DNA of 58,227 nt, filler included, from Nemertoderma westbladi (lineage: Eukaryota; Animalia; Xenacoelomorpha): the NCBI GenBank assembly GCA_032718475.1. It is 3 parts of 3 records of this genome, joined end to end, with 100 filler letters (N's around TTAATTAATTAA, not from the genome) between each part and the next. Parts side by side here need not be neighbours in the genome. Positions count along the whole stretch, not along the records: positions 1 to 26,896 come from JAUCBJ010004325.1; 2 more parts are not named here. One strand, 5' to 3'. Made by a program: the position numbers and the translations under genes. The notes under the pieces were generated by a model. It was given only the letters and a program-made list of their open reading frames with translations. It was not told the DNA's origin and searched no databases. Shown here one piece after another: positions 12,611 through 24,109 of the stretch (positions are counted from its first letter, which is position 1; every line of letters begins with the position of its first letter).

Positions 12611-15081
12611 TTAAACAGTTAAGGTACCGTAGTACGGGTTGACCTCAGGTGACTAATGAAATGAATGACAAAAGTTATTACAAGCTTTCTCCCAAAAGGG
12701 CTTCTTCAGGACATTGTAATGAAACTGCGTACACAGAGAAACTGCAGTGCAGTTTCTCTTATATTAATTGTTAATATTATATTATATTGTATTATGTTAT
12801 TATTAAATTAATCAATCTTGTCAAGCATTAATCTTGTTTCATTAATTATGTTTAATGTATTATTTGATTTTTAAGAATGTTTTTTAGAAAGAGAGTGGAG
12901 GGTGGGTGGGGAGGGGCGTAGAATGCTTGTCAAATGGCGCCATAAATTCAATTTGCACTTGCGACCGAAAACCTATCCCATAATCACCCCAGGAACCTCA
13001 ATTTGATAAATTAATGGGAATAGCTTCTAGGCAATAACTGGCCGGCCCACAAGTATCACTTTGTTGCCCGCATGATATGGTTCCCCGAGAATGCTTCTGC
13101 CTCTCAGTTAACTTACCACGAGAGCTGTCAATCACGAATACCTCGGAGTTTATTTTCTCAAAGAATTCAAAGTGCCGCTAACTACCTAAAAGTTACATTT
13201 CTCAAAGAATTAAAAGAATTCAAAGTGCCTAAAAGCAGGAAATCACTTTGAGATTCCCAACTAAAAGTGTCTACAAGAATTCAAAGCGGCCGTTGGGAGT
13301 AATGTAATGACTTTTAGACACTTTTAGAAAAACTTTGAGAAAATCTCAAAGAACAGATGCACTTTGAGACCCCGACTGTATCTTTAGTTTAAGTTTTTAG
13401 TCCTAATTTTTTGCATGTCTGTTTTGAAAAATGTCGTAAAATTTAACATTTGAAGAATCCCCCTATTACAGAAAATTGGCGGGAACTTTTGAAACTCTCA
13501 TAACTTCAAAGTCGATCGGTTAATATTTGGTAGGTCTTAAGACGACTAATTTTCAAAACTCAAAATCTCGACAATACGTTATTGGATTTGAAATCTATTT
13601 TCAACGATTCAGCTTATAAAAATGTGTATTTGAATCATTAAAAAACCAAATTACTTTTTTGTAGCCGTAAGTCGGTTTCGTGATCAAACCTCACAAATCG
13701 ATTACATATTTTTCTATCGACTATCTTGTTTGCCAATCATATTCGGATCAATTATTGGTGGGCGAGCCACGAAGTTGTTGGAGCCTTAACGAACTGACAC
13801 TGTTAGGTGGGTGGGTCAGTAATGGCAAATATTTGTGGTTGTGGTTGTTGTCATTACGATTTTGCTAATTACGTCGTCGGCTGTAGAGTTGAAAATAATT
13901 TGTAGGCACATGTTGCGTCTTTTTGGAAAGTCCAGTCTGCCGCTAGAGGGAGAAATGTCTGAAACTGAAATTCTTCTCCCATTTCTGTGATTTTAATTCG
14001 TGAATCTAAATTTGTTGAATCTTAGCATATATGTGTTAAATATTGTTGCATTTTTGTGAAGAAGGTGATTGATCCGCAGTTCTCCAGTCTGCCGCTAGAA
14101 GGAGAAATGTCCGAAAGTGAAACATTTCCTCCATATTCCTTGATTTTATTAATCCGTTTAAGATGAAACTTGGTATATATGTTCTACAGTCACGCTCTCC
14201 ACCAAAGTAGGCCACCATCTGAATCCGAGTCCATACAGTAGTAAAAAAATATCGAGTGCCTCCATTGTTGGCTACGGCAGACGAAACTTGTGGAAACAAG
14301 GTGGAACTCTACTGTATTTCTAACTAAAATTGTCCAGGTGGAGTGGCTGGAAGTTTATGTGCGGAGAGGTACAGGTTATGCTGTGGATCTACAGTAGGTG
14401 GATTTAGTCGGAAGTTAGGGGGATAAAACTGAATGGCCTGGCCACCGGCGTTAATAATGATATTGTCGTCATCTCTCTTGATGTTGAATTTGGGTAATGA
14501 TGTAAAAGAGAACAAAATGTCCGCCATATTGCTGTATTATGGTAATAAATGCACCTCGACACAAATAAAATGTTTCCCTCTCCAGGGAATAAATCGACGC
14601 AAATAGCAGCAGCTCATTACTCCAAAAAGAATATCAACTTGTTCTAAAGACTCCAGTTTATTGTTTTGCTTATAATAATAACATGCAACAACTGTAAACT
14701 GCTTCTTTCCGTCAAATGATAATTTAACAATGAAACCAGCTATTAATTTGCCAACATTGGACATTTTATATTGTCGTATTGGATGTACTGTATAATTTGA
14801 ACTTTAATTTGAATATAATATACTTTAATTAATTATTTTAAAAATATTTGTCATAACAACAACCGTAAATTAACCTTGTCTAATTTGAATAATGTAATAA
14901 AAATAATTCGTCAATTTGAAATCGATATTGAATTTACAATGTAGATCTATTTACATCCAATCCTAATCTATGTTGTTGGTCTACTGTCATTCAATAAATT
15001 GGTTGGTTTATTTGTTGGTCATCAGTTGGTGAGGAACTGTTGCTTCTACAGTATAGGGAATTGTGGGATATTCCCGTTAAA

Positions 15082-15344
15082 TTTTTAGGTCCGCGTAGCG
15101 AGACCTCCAGTACTCACTCCGTTGTTGGTGTTAATTTCCAGTTAGGTTTTGGTATTAAGGATTGATTCGGCCCCAGTGGTTCTGTTGGCAGAGCCAGAGC
15201 GTGATACTTGGAATCTCTAGGTACCGAGTTCAATCCCCCATTCCGGTGAATGTTTTTTTGTTGTTGTAAGATTGGTAGTAAGCCATTCAAGTAGACAGTT
15301 CATGCGTTAGTAGACGCGGACCTTTGCGAGATTTCGCATTTGTT
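15082..15344 (+). mobile_element. HINE/DINE-1-like (Helentron-type) non-autonomous element with an internal tRNA-like segment
   Basis: T-run, subterminal inverted repeats AGGTCCGCGT (15087) and ACGCGGACCT (15314), 3' hairpin TGCGA-GATT-TCGCA, T-rich end. Internal A-box-like GTGGTTCTGTTGGCAGAGC and B-box-like GAGTTCAATCCC. Confidence 0.55.
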
Positions 15345-15367
15345 GTATATTAATTAGCAACCGCAAT

Positions 15368-16560
15368 TGTAAAGGCTTTTGCGGAATTAGCTGGTTATTT
15401 TCCCCGCAAAGTACTCTGTAGGTGTTTTAGCGGACATAAAAAGCCGTTTCCTTACTGTACAGGTGTTTTAGTGGACATAAAAAGCCATTTCTTCTGTATG
15501 TGTACTTTAGCGGACATAGCTAGCAATTTTATGCCGCAATGCACCAAAATACTCTTAATACAGTGTATTTCAGATGACGACATCTATCACTGAGATGTCG
15601 ACGTGTAGCTTTTGGCTTTCTCTGTTCGGCTCGACCAATCAGAGCGGTTTTCACTCTGTGTTGGACAGTGCATACAGAAACTCACGCAATTCAGTCAGTG
15701 TGTATTTTTCCTAAGCCTAGAACACCGGCTGTGGAATTATTCTGTGTTTCAGACTTTAGCCAAACATTAGAACGGCTTTGATTATAGAAACGTATAACTG
15801 TTATCAAACCATATCATAACGCACCTCATATCACAAACAAAACTGGTCAGACTCTGTTTTATACTTAAAGCACCGCATTATTTTACTGCTATTTACTGTC
15901 GGTTATTAATTGTATCAGTTGATGGAATATTGTTATATTTGGAGAATATCGATAAATAACCATAAAACCCCAATCTTCTTGATATACTGAAGGTTAGAGA
16001 CCGGTTACATATAGCAATTGCGACTTACATTATAGTGGCTTTGGAGTGAATTGAATGCTATTTCATAGGCCCTACATGTGTCGGTTGCTGTTCTCTTTAT
16101 ATATGACTAAAATTAGTGAAGGTCGGCAGATCATTGTTCAGCAGTGTGCGGTAGTGTGCATGAGTGTGATAGATAACAAAGCATCTCCTAAAGAATGCGC
16201 TTTATAAGTGAATCATTAGCCATCCCGTTGTGTTTAGTGTAAGTCATAACTCTGTTTACATACTTAGAGCGCCACGTCCTAAAGGAACTGTTAATATTTC
16301 CCGAAAGTGAATAATATTTGTCAGAGATTATATATTAACGATCAATCGAATAGTACAGTAGGCCTACACCGCAATAAGGTCAGAGCATCCGAATCCAGTC
16401 TCCCGGGTAAATCCAGTGGGTGAATGGTCGCGCATAGGCTGGCTTCGGCTAATGTTGTTTTATGTGTATCAAATACTTGTCATAGGCTAAAGTCGATTTA
16501 TAACCTAGAAGACACCTAAATTTGGCAGGTTAAACTGCTAAAGGTCTAAAAGCGCGAACA
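15368..16560 (+). repeat. 5' LTR of BEL/Pao element A (~1.2 kb, TG...CA)
   Basis: Begins TGTAAAGGCTTTTGCGG and ends AAAGCGCGAACA. The same start recurs at 27795 (+) and 52562 (-); homology with the 27795 and 30529 copies stops at the same end motif. Confidence 0.75.
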
Positions 16561-18545
16561 ATAACAGTTATTTCTTCTGATTGCAGTGTAGGCAATAAAT
16601 ACAGTTTACTATTGTTCTGGTAAGAACAATAACAGCTATTGCTTCTTTATTGCAACGTAGGCAATAAAGGTAAAAGTACCGGTCGACCGGTAACTAGTAG
16701 GCCTGACTACCTAACCACCCGAACCGGTACTTACAGCAGTACAGATACATCAATATTATTCGATTTGGATAATTATATACCGGTAGGTCTTGATATTTAA
16801 TCAGGGAGGGCCCACCCTGGTTTTTTATTGGGATTTTACTTATTTCTGTCAGTTTTATTTATTAGTAGGTTAATATTGAGCAGAAGGCGTGTAAGCCTGC
16901 TCAGATTGTACAGGTAATTTGTAGGCTGGACTGTTGTCTGACTGTTGTTAGGTCTGAAGAGATTGCTGTGTGTATAGAGTGTATGTCCGATAAAGTACTA
17001 GTTAGGAACGTGGTGGGCATCCTGTGCTGTAAGGTAAATCCCCCCGAAAGAATAAGTCGTACTACTCGGTTAGAACGCATACTAACTAACCATTTCGGAG
17101 TCTGCATATACTGTAGTTTATTTAGGCTTGATAGTAGTCTGCCAGCGTTTGGTCTGTATTTGTTTGTGTAGTCTGTACGGGTAGCGTAATATTTATTATT
17201 CAGAGTTTATGCGATTGTTCGCAACATACATACCCCCAAGTTTATTCCTACAGTAATTGTGCTTGTTATACATACCGTTATAGTTAAATTAACCCCGGTA
17301 CTACATCAGGACTGTTTGGTGTAGGTAAAGACTGGTGATTTTATGCTCTGGTCACTCCGGCAGATACCGTGGTTCTTTTAGCTGTACAAGTATTTTTAAC
17401 TGCTGGTTATTTGTTGTATAAGTACTTGTACCTAATTTAGGGTTTAGTGTACAGTGCTTTCCGAAGGTAATTAGTGTGTAGGCAGTATATTTGTGTTGTA
17501 AAGTGGTTAATGGGCACGTTGGCTCTGGTAGGCCGCGGTAATTAACTTCTAGGTAGGAACACTCCGTGTACATAACGTAGTACTTATAGCGCTACGGCTA
17601 TAAGTCGTCAGACGGTGGTATTTTTCCTATTTGGATAACGCAATATATTTACTACTGCTTTATTGTTTTCAAATACCATAGTATCCTGTCCGTTTGTAAT
17701 AACCAGAAATTCTAACCCCTTGTTAGGCTGGTTTGTAGATTTCTTGTAAAATTAACCCTAAAAATTCGTACGTATAATTTTTGTGTTTATTTAGAGATTG
17801 TAATCTCACCCCGCAATTGTATGTAATTTGTAGTAATAAGTAACTTAGGCAAGTATAATTATTTGTTTTAGTGTCCAAAACAATAGGTAGCACTTCACTG
17901 AGAGCGTACAGCTTCTGTGTAGTGACTCCTTCCCAGAAATAATAACATTTATTTCAAACATTGACAAAAACCCATTATACGGGTATATATATTATAAATC
18001 AACTCAAACCGATTTATAAAACAGTAGGCCTGTCATACATCAATTAGGTCTTAATATCAGTTTCACTACTGCTTAAATAACGGTAATAAAGTAAAGTAAA
18101 GTAACTAAGTAACCCTAAAATTCAGAAATTCAATTATTCTAAAATAATTAACGTACCGGTATTTACAATATGCTTATTATATTTATTTCTATAAATTTAA
18201 GCTGAAATTATATACCAGTATTCTGTAATTAATTCTAGTCTATAATTATACTTATATATACTATAAGTGTAAGTTGTATACCGGTATTCACGATAGGCTT
18301 ATTATATATTTATATATATTTGCGCTGAAATTATATACCGGTATTCTGTGACAAACCGAGTCTGTAATAATACTTATATATATACTATAAGTGTATACCG
18401 GTATTCTAATATATTGTGTATATATATATCACGTTACATAGAGTAACGATATCGGTAATTAATTACTAGGCTAACAGTGATACTGAATTACTAGACTTGC
18501 TTTAACTGTAATTATATCAGTAGGCATTCAACTGTATAAACCAAC

Positions 18546-21500
18546 ATGTCTGACACAAAGCAAAACCTGTCAGACAGTCTCCTAGATACAACCATCTGTG
18601 ACCCAGATAGGAGTGCTGAACGTTTGAGACCGAAGTTCAACTCACCTCCTACTGTAAGAAAGATCATCCCTCCAGTAGTAGTATCAGACCCTAGGCTAGT
18701 CCAACACCATAGGTCTATCATAGGCACTCGGGCTCAAGTCAAGCGGGACCAAGAAGCAGCTGTTAAACAGCAGCAACACCCTAGCCGAGAACTTATTTCT
18801 CAGCGGCCCGATAGCTCCAGTAGTTCGGATACTGTAGAGCTGACACCCGAGCGCGGAGCAAAGATGGCAGATGCGGTTTATTCGGATCCCCTTCTCATTC
18901 TTCCTGCAGCCGTACTCACTAGGGTATTGATTGCGGTGGAGGAACACTAAATTGATTGGGCGAGAAGTAAGCGATCGACCAAGGACAGTTATGCGGGATA
19001 CACAAGGGAGGAACTGAAGTCTATTGTCGAGTCGCAATGGAACTTCCCCGGACCCGGACTCCCGTTTGACTTATCGGAAGCTGCCTGGGAAGACATGCAC
19101 AGGATGGGAGTAACCAAGGAAACCATCGATCCAGCTGTGTGGAAGAGGTCGGCAGCAGGATATGTACAGGGATTCTTCAGCTCTTTGGAGCGATTAGAGG
19201 AACAACTGTTTCAACAAACCCAAGGACCTCAAGAGCAGGGAGAGCTGCTTTATCAAGTTCGAGAAAGAATTCTAAGAATCAGACTAATCCTATCGGCCTT
19301 TGAGGAAGCTTCGAAAAGAAGACAAGACACGTCGTTGCAAGTTGCCGTAAAGACTTGGTTCCAGCGGGTGAGTCTCAAGGTTCAAGGAACGGCCCAGTGG
19401 AAATTTCAGCTGGCTGAGCGCTCCACCCATGGAGAATCAACAGACGCTACCTTTTCTCAAGTGGAAAGCGAAGCGACAGCAGAGAAACCGCAGAAGAGGG
19501 ATGCTATTGACATCTATCTGTCAGACTATCAACGATTTCTAGGTGATGAAGAGTTGAGGACACGGCTGGCTGGACTTCGCCCTAATAGTGAAGGAGCCAA
19601 GTTTGTGCTGGACGCAATAGATGCGGAAATGCTAGCTGCGAACCAAGCTAAATTTGATGAAAGCATCCGCATCGCTAAGGTTCAAGAAGAACAAGTAAAG
19701 AAAAAACGTATAGAAGACAGAAAGACAGCAGCAGCGGCAGTGGCAGCGGCAGAAGCAGAAAGAAAAGCGGCAGAAGTGGAAAGAAAAGCGGCAGAGGCAG
19801 CGGCAGAGGCAAAAGCGGCAGCTGCAGCAGTAGAAGCGGAAAGAAAAGCAGCAGCGGCAGAGGCAATGGAGGCAGCGGCAGAGGCAAAAGCGGCAGCTGC
19901 AGCAGTAGAAGCGGAAAGAAAAGCAGCAGCGGCAGAGGCAAAAGCGGCAGCGGCAGAGGCAAAAGCGGCAGCTGCAGCAGTAGAAGCGGAAAGAAAATCG
20001 GCAGCGGCAGAAGCGGAAAGAAAAGCGGCCGAAGCGGAAAGAAAGATAGCAGTGGCAGAAGCAGAACGGAGGGCATCTGAAGAGACAACCCAACTAGAGT
20101 TGGAAAATCTTCAAGAGAAGCAAGACAACTTCAATAAACAGATAACAGCCAGTCGGATGCAGCTGATAAGTCGATCCACCCCCAAACGACAGGGCTTTAC
20201 ATCATCGGATGAAGGCGATACAACAGATCCTGAAGGCGGAGGAAATAGATCTCGTCCCAGCAGGCGTAGAAGAATGCCCCACCGTCAGAAATTGCGTGAT
20301 TTGCCCCAAGCTGTGAGAAGGCAACTAGCTAGCACAGACTTAGGTAGTACAGAACCCACAGACCAAATTATTAGAGTAGAAAGACTCCCTACTATAGTAG
20401 ATGAACCTGAAATAATTAGGCCTGTTCTTGAAGCCACCCCTTCGGTGATAGAGACACCTGTACTCCCAGAACCTACCTCTAAATTCCCTTTGCACAGCAC
20501 TAAAATACCTGTGCCCAGCAGAACAGCCCCTGAGACAGTTCCTGTCCTGGACTCCGAGCGAAATATCAATGATTTGTCGCCCGTTGTCCCTCGCCTACCC
20601 ACTACTATGTTGGCAGCTCCCGCTTCGGCAGTCGAGTGGGTGGATGAGAGACGGCGGGGGATGGACCTCCTGCTCGGGCAGATGCAGGAGACTGTTCAAC
20701 AGTTCAAGGGCACAGTAAGGGAAAGTAGGTTAGAGTTGCAAGAAGTGCAGCAGAGTATCGCGTTAGAACGCGATAAATTAGTAAATACCCAAAGGGGTAT
20801 AACACCAACCCCGGTAACAATGTGTCAACCTGTTAGTTCTGAAGTATTTCATGCGCAAGGTGTGGAGCCTACACGCATCTATACTGCTAGTGAAGTAGAA
20901 ACTCCTATAGTAAACCCTATTAAGGGTAATTATAAACCTGTTGACAATGATATTCCATATAGACCTGATCATAATCCGAGAAATTTATATACCGATAACT
21001 CGATATTAAATAACACGATGGCCCAAGAAAGTTTTACGCGTCAAATGGCTAGAACCGAAGCCCGTCAAGCGGTAAAGGTGGGAGAGATCGTCAAGTTCAA
21101 TGGAGATGAGATGAAATGGTTACCTTTTAATGAATATTATAAAGATAACATACAGAACTCTGTGCTATCTAACGGAGAGAAACTTAGATTCCTCATCGAG
21201 TGCTTGGAGGGATCTCCCAAGTTAATGGCGTTAAAGTTTATTGGACATCCAGATGGATTAAGACAAGTTTGGGATACACTAAACATCAGGTATGGTAATA
21301 GGACTAACATATCTAGGTATTTATATGCGAAATTAATGGCGCCCCGAAAGTTTCTTAGCAGCGGGATTATAGAGTTTTCCGACGAGATTCAGGAGATCTG
21401 TAGACAACTAGATAGGTTAGGTGAATACCAGAATTCTATTGTTGTAGGAGCCTTAGCATCTACTTTGCCCAAGGGTGGAGTAGGTACACACTGGGACAAG

Positions 21501-23654
21501 AAAGTGTTATATATGATGGAACAACAACGAAGAGACCCTACCATGGCTGATCTCATGTCATTCTTAGATGGAGAGGTAAAATTACAGCTCCTAAAGCAGT
21601 CCAGAGAGAAGACACCGGAAAATAAGGTAAGTGAGAAACCCGTTTCTAGGAGAAAGGTAACACCAGTGTGTTATACCGACGACGGCGAAAGCCAGGCTTC
21701 TCAAGAGGAAGACAGCGGGAAAGACACTGAAAGATCTTACTATGTCAACAAAGCGCCTAAAGACGTAAGTAAATTTAAGTCTCAAACCAATGACAGGAGA
21801 GAACAGGTAACAAAAACTCCTCCTACGTCTCCTAATAGAGTTCACGGAAGAAAGCCCGAGGAAAGACCGAGAGTGCACAACGTTACCCAAGGTAAGGTGA
21901 GTAACATCAAACCAAAATGTGCGCTGTGCGACAGGCCCCACCGTTTAAGTGTGTGTGACGAATTCTTAAAGAGATCCTTAAAGGATAGACGCGAAGTCAT
22001 GTGGGATAAGCGGTTGTGTTATAATTGTCTCAGACGAGGACACCAATGGCGGACCTGTTACTCAGATGCTAGGTGTGCTAAGTGCGGCGCGAAACATCAT
22101 ATCTTGCTGCACACAGAATTTGAAAGAACCCGCACCAGTCAGGTAAGTGAGCCCGAACTACATGTCCAATTCAGTGATGTGAGTGACCACAGTTCTGAGA
22201 TGGAAGGATTCTACACGGATGAATTCTCCTGCGAAAACGAATCCTGTTACCTAATAAATACCGCAGTGTATCGAGCACTTACGTATGAGAAGGAAACCGA
22301 CAGTGAGCTCCCCCTAACTACTCCTGACAGACAACCATCTTGGAAAGCACCAACTTCCAACGTAGGAATCCGAGAATTTCCCGTAGTGCAGTTGAGAGTC
22401 CACGGGTTAAAAAAGAACTATATAGTGAACGCCCTCCTTGACTCTGGCAGCACAGGAACATTTATCGACAAAGAACTAGCCGAAGACATCTTTGCTGGAC
22501 AACCCAATTTCCGAACTAAGTTGAACCTTTCAGGAATTATGCAGGTTTGGAAATCTACAGTAGCTACAGACTACTATGTAGGCGCGTTGTCCACCCCCCA
22601 GAATGAACTAGGAGAACACAGTATAAGGTTAGTAAAAATGGTGGCGATAAAGAACTTCGCTACCAGCCAAGTGGAACCTTATAACTGGGATGAGGACGAT
22701 TTCACCCAGCAGCATGAGATACCTAGATTCCACACCGACTACCCAGGGGTACAGATACTCATCGGCCAAAATGCGCATGAGGCGCTTGAGACATTAGAGA
22801 AACGGCCTACTCGACCGCAACCATTGCAAACCTATGTGGGAAGAACAAGAGTAGGTTGGTACCTCACTGGACCTTCCCGTAGGACACTCCTAGAAAGGCT
22901 ACCCAAAGATCAGGTCCATCAGGAGAGTGAATGGGAAGAAGACATCAGTGAGGGAGAGACGACCACAACTGAGGGAACACCATACTCCTCAGATAATGAC
23001 GATATTAACTCTAATGTAGATCAATGGAGACATTGCCCCGAGACGATTAATCTAGCCGACATCGCTTCCAGAGGAGCAACTCCTCAAGAACTGACAGATA
23101 CTCCAGACTGGTTAGGTGGACCCGACTTCCTAAGTAAAGAAGATGAATGGCCTCCCCATCTTACCACGTCTGAGATTAGACAAGCCAAGGGAGCGGAGAA
23201 AGTCAAACCTAAAACCCGGACGAGTAAATCAAGGTTATTTAAACCCATGCTAGATCTGTCTGTACTGCACATTTCCAGGGACGACGCTGTGGATCTAAAC
23301 TCCCCCACCGCGAACCGATCTGTTGTGGAGATCAGAGAGAGAGACTGGAGATCTGGAACACCAGACGTCTCGCAGGGACTCTCACCTCTCCTGCCGGGAG
23401 CGATGGACCACTATAGATCCTGGAATCGGCTTTGTAAGGCCGTCGTGTATTTGAAGCGATATTTCTATCGTCACTATTCCAGGACGAAGAGGAAACCTGT
23501 AATTGTATTCGAAACACAACAACTCAATTGCCCAGTTGGTCGTTTATGTTTACTGGAAAGAGACCGAGAACTGTCCGGAAACTATGGAAGGCAAGATACT
23601 CTTCCCACGACCACCTCTCTAATCCAACAAACATCTAGGGACTCCCCAACGTAA
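18546..23654 (+). mobile_element. BEL/Pao Gag-protease polyprotein frame (element A); one in-frame TAA at 18948-18950; RT and integrase absent
   Basis: ORFs 18546-18950 and 19095-23654 are in the same frame and separated only by one TAA. Contains BEL Gag (KFNGDEMKWLPF..EKLRFLIECLEG), three Cys/His knuckles (CALCDRPHRLSVC, CYNCLRRGHQWRTC, CAKCGAKHHILLH), protease ALLDSGS, RNase H tail QWRHCPETINLADIASRG and a Pol C-terminal-like motif LNCPVGRLCLLE. Confidence 0.9.
19720..20080 (+). repeat. Coding Ala/Glu/Lys repeat (AEAKAAAAAVEAERK-type), predicted coiled coil
   Basis: Imperfect tandem GCAGCGGCAGAGGCAAAAGCG units inside the Gag frame. Confidence 0.85.
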
Positions 23655-24109
23655 CAGCGTCTGGAGTGGGTGTGTGACTATATTATTTTATATTTGTTTT
23701 TATTATTTTATATTTATGTATGTATTATTATGTAATTTTATTATAATCGTTTTCTTTAATTTTATTTAGTAGAATGTTATTTTAGCGATTATTTAGTAGA
23801 TTAGTGCAATATATATTAGTGTTTATTACTTATATTTAGTGCGACGGCGAGAAATAATTATTTTTCTCTTTCCTTACTGTCCGTAGTACATTATAAATAC
23901 GTGACTACAGTAAGATGAAATGTCTGTACTTATTAAAGTACAATAAAGCTCCTACTATATTCAAGTATTATTGGTAAGTAGAGTATTAGGAATGCAAAAT
24001 TCAGATCCTCGTGTCTCAGCTAAACCAAGCTCTGGGTAGACCTTGGAAACGACTTGCCTCTTCTCACTGACATTGCTTCTTGCGATATTGCTCTCATACC
24101 GTATATTAA

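Noticed and set aside
15169-15250. Functional tRNA gene
   Set aside because: A/B-box-like motifs only; no convincing acceptor stem or cloverleaf.
19632-20093. Cys-rich and Leu/Pro-rich antisense ORFs
   Set aside because: Shadow frames of the Ala-rich Gag repeat.
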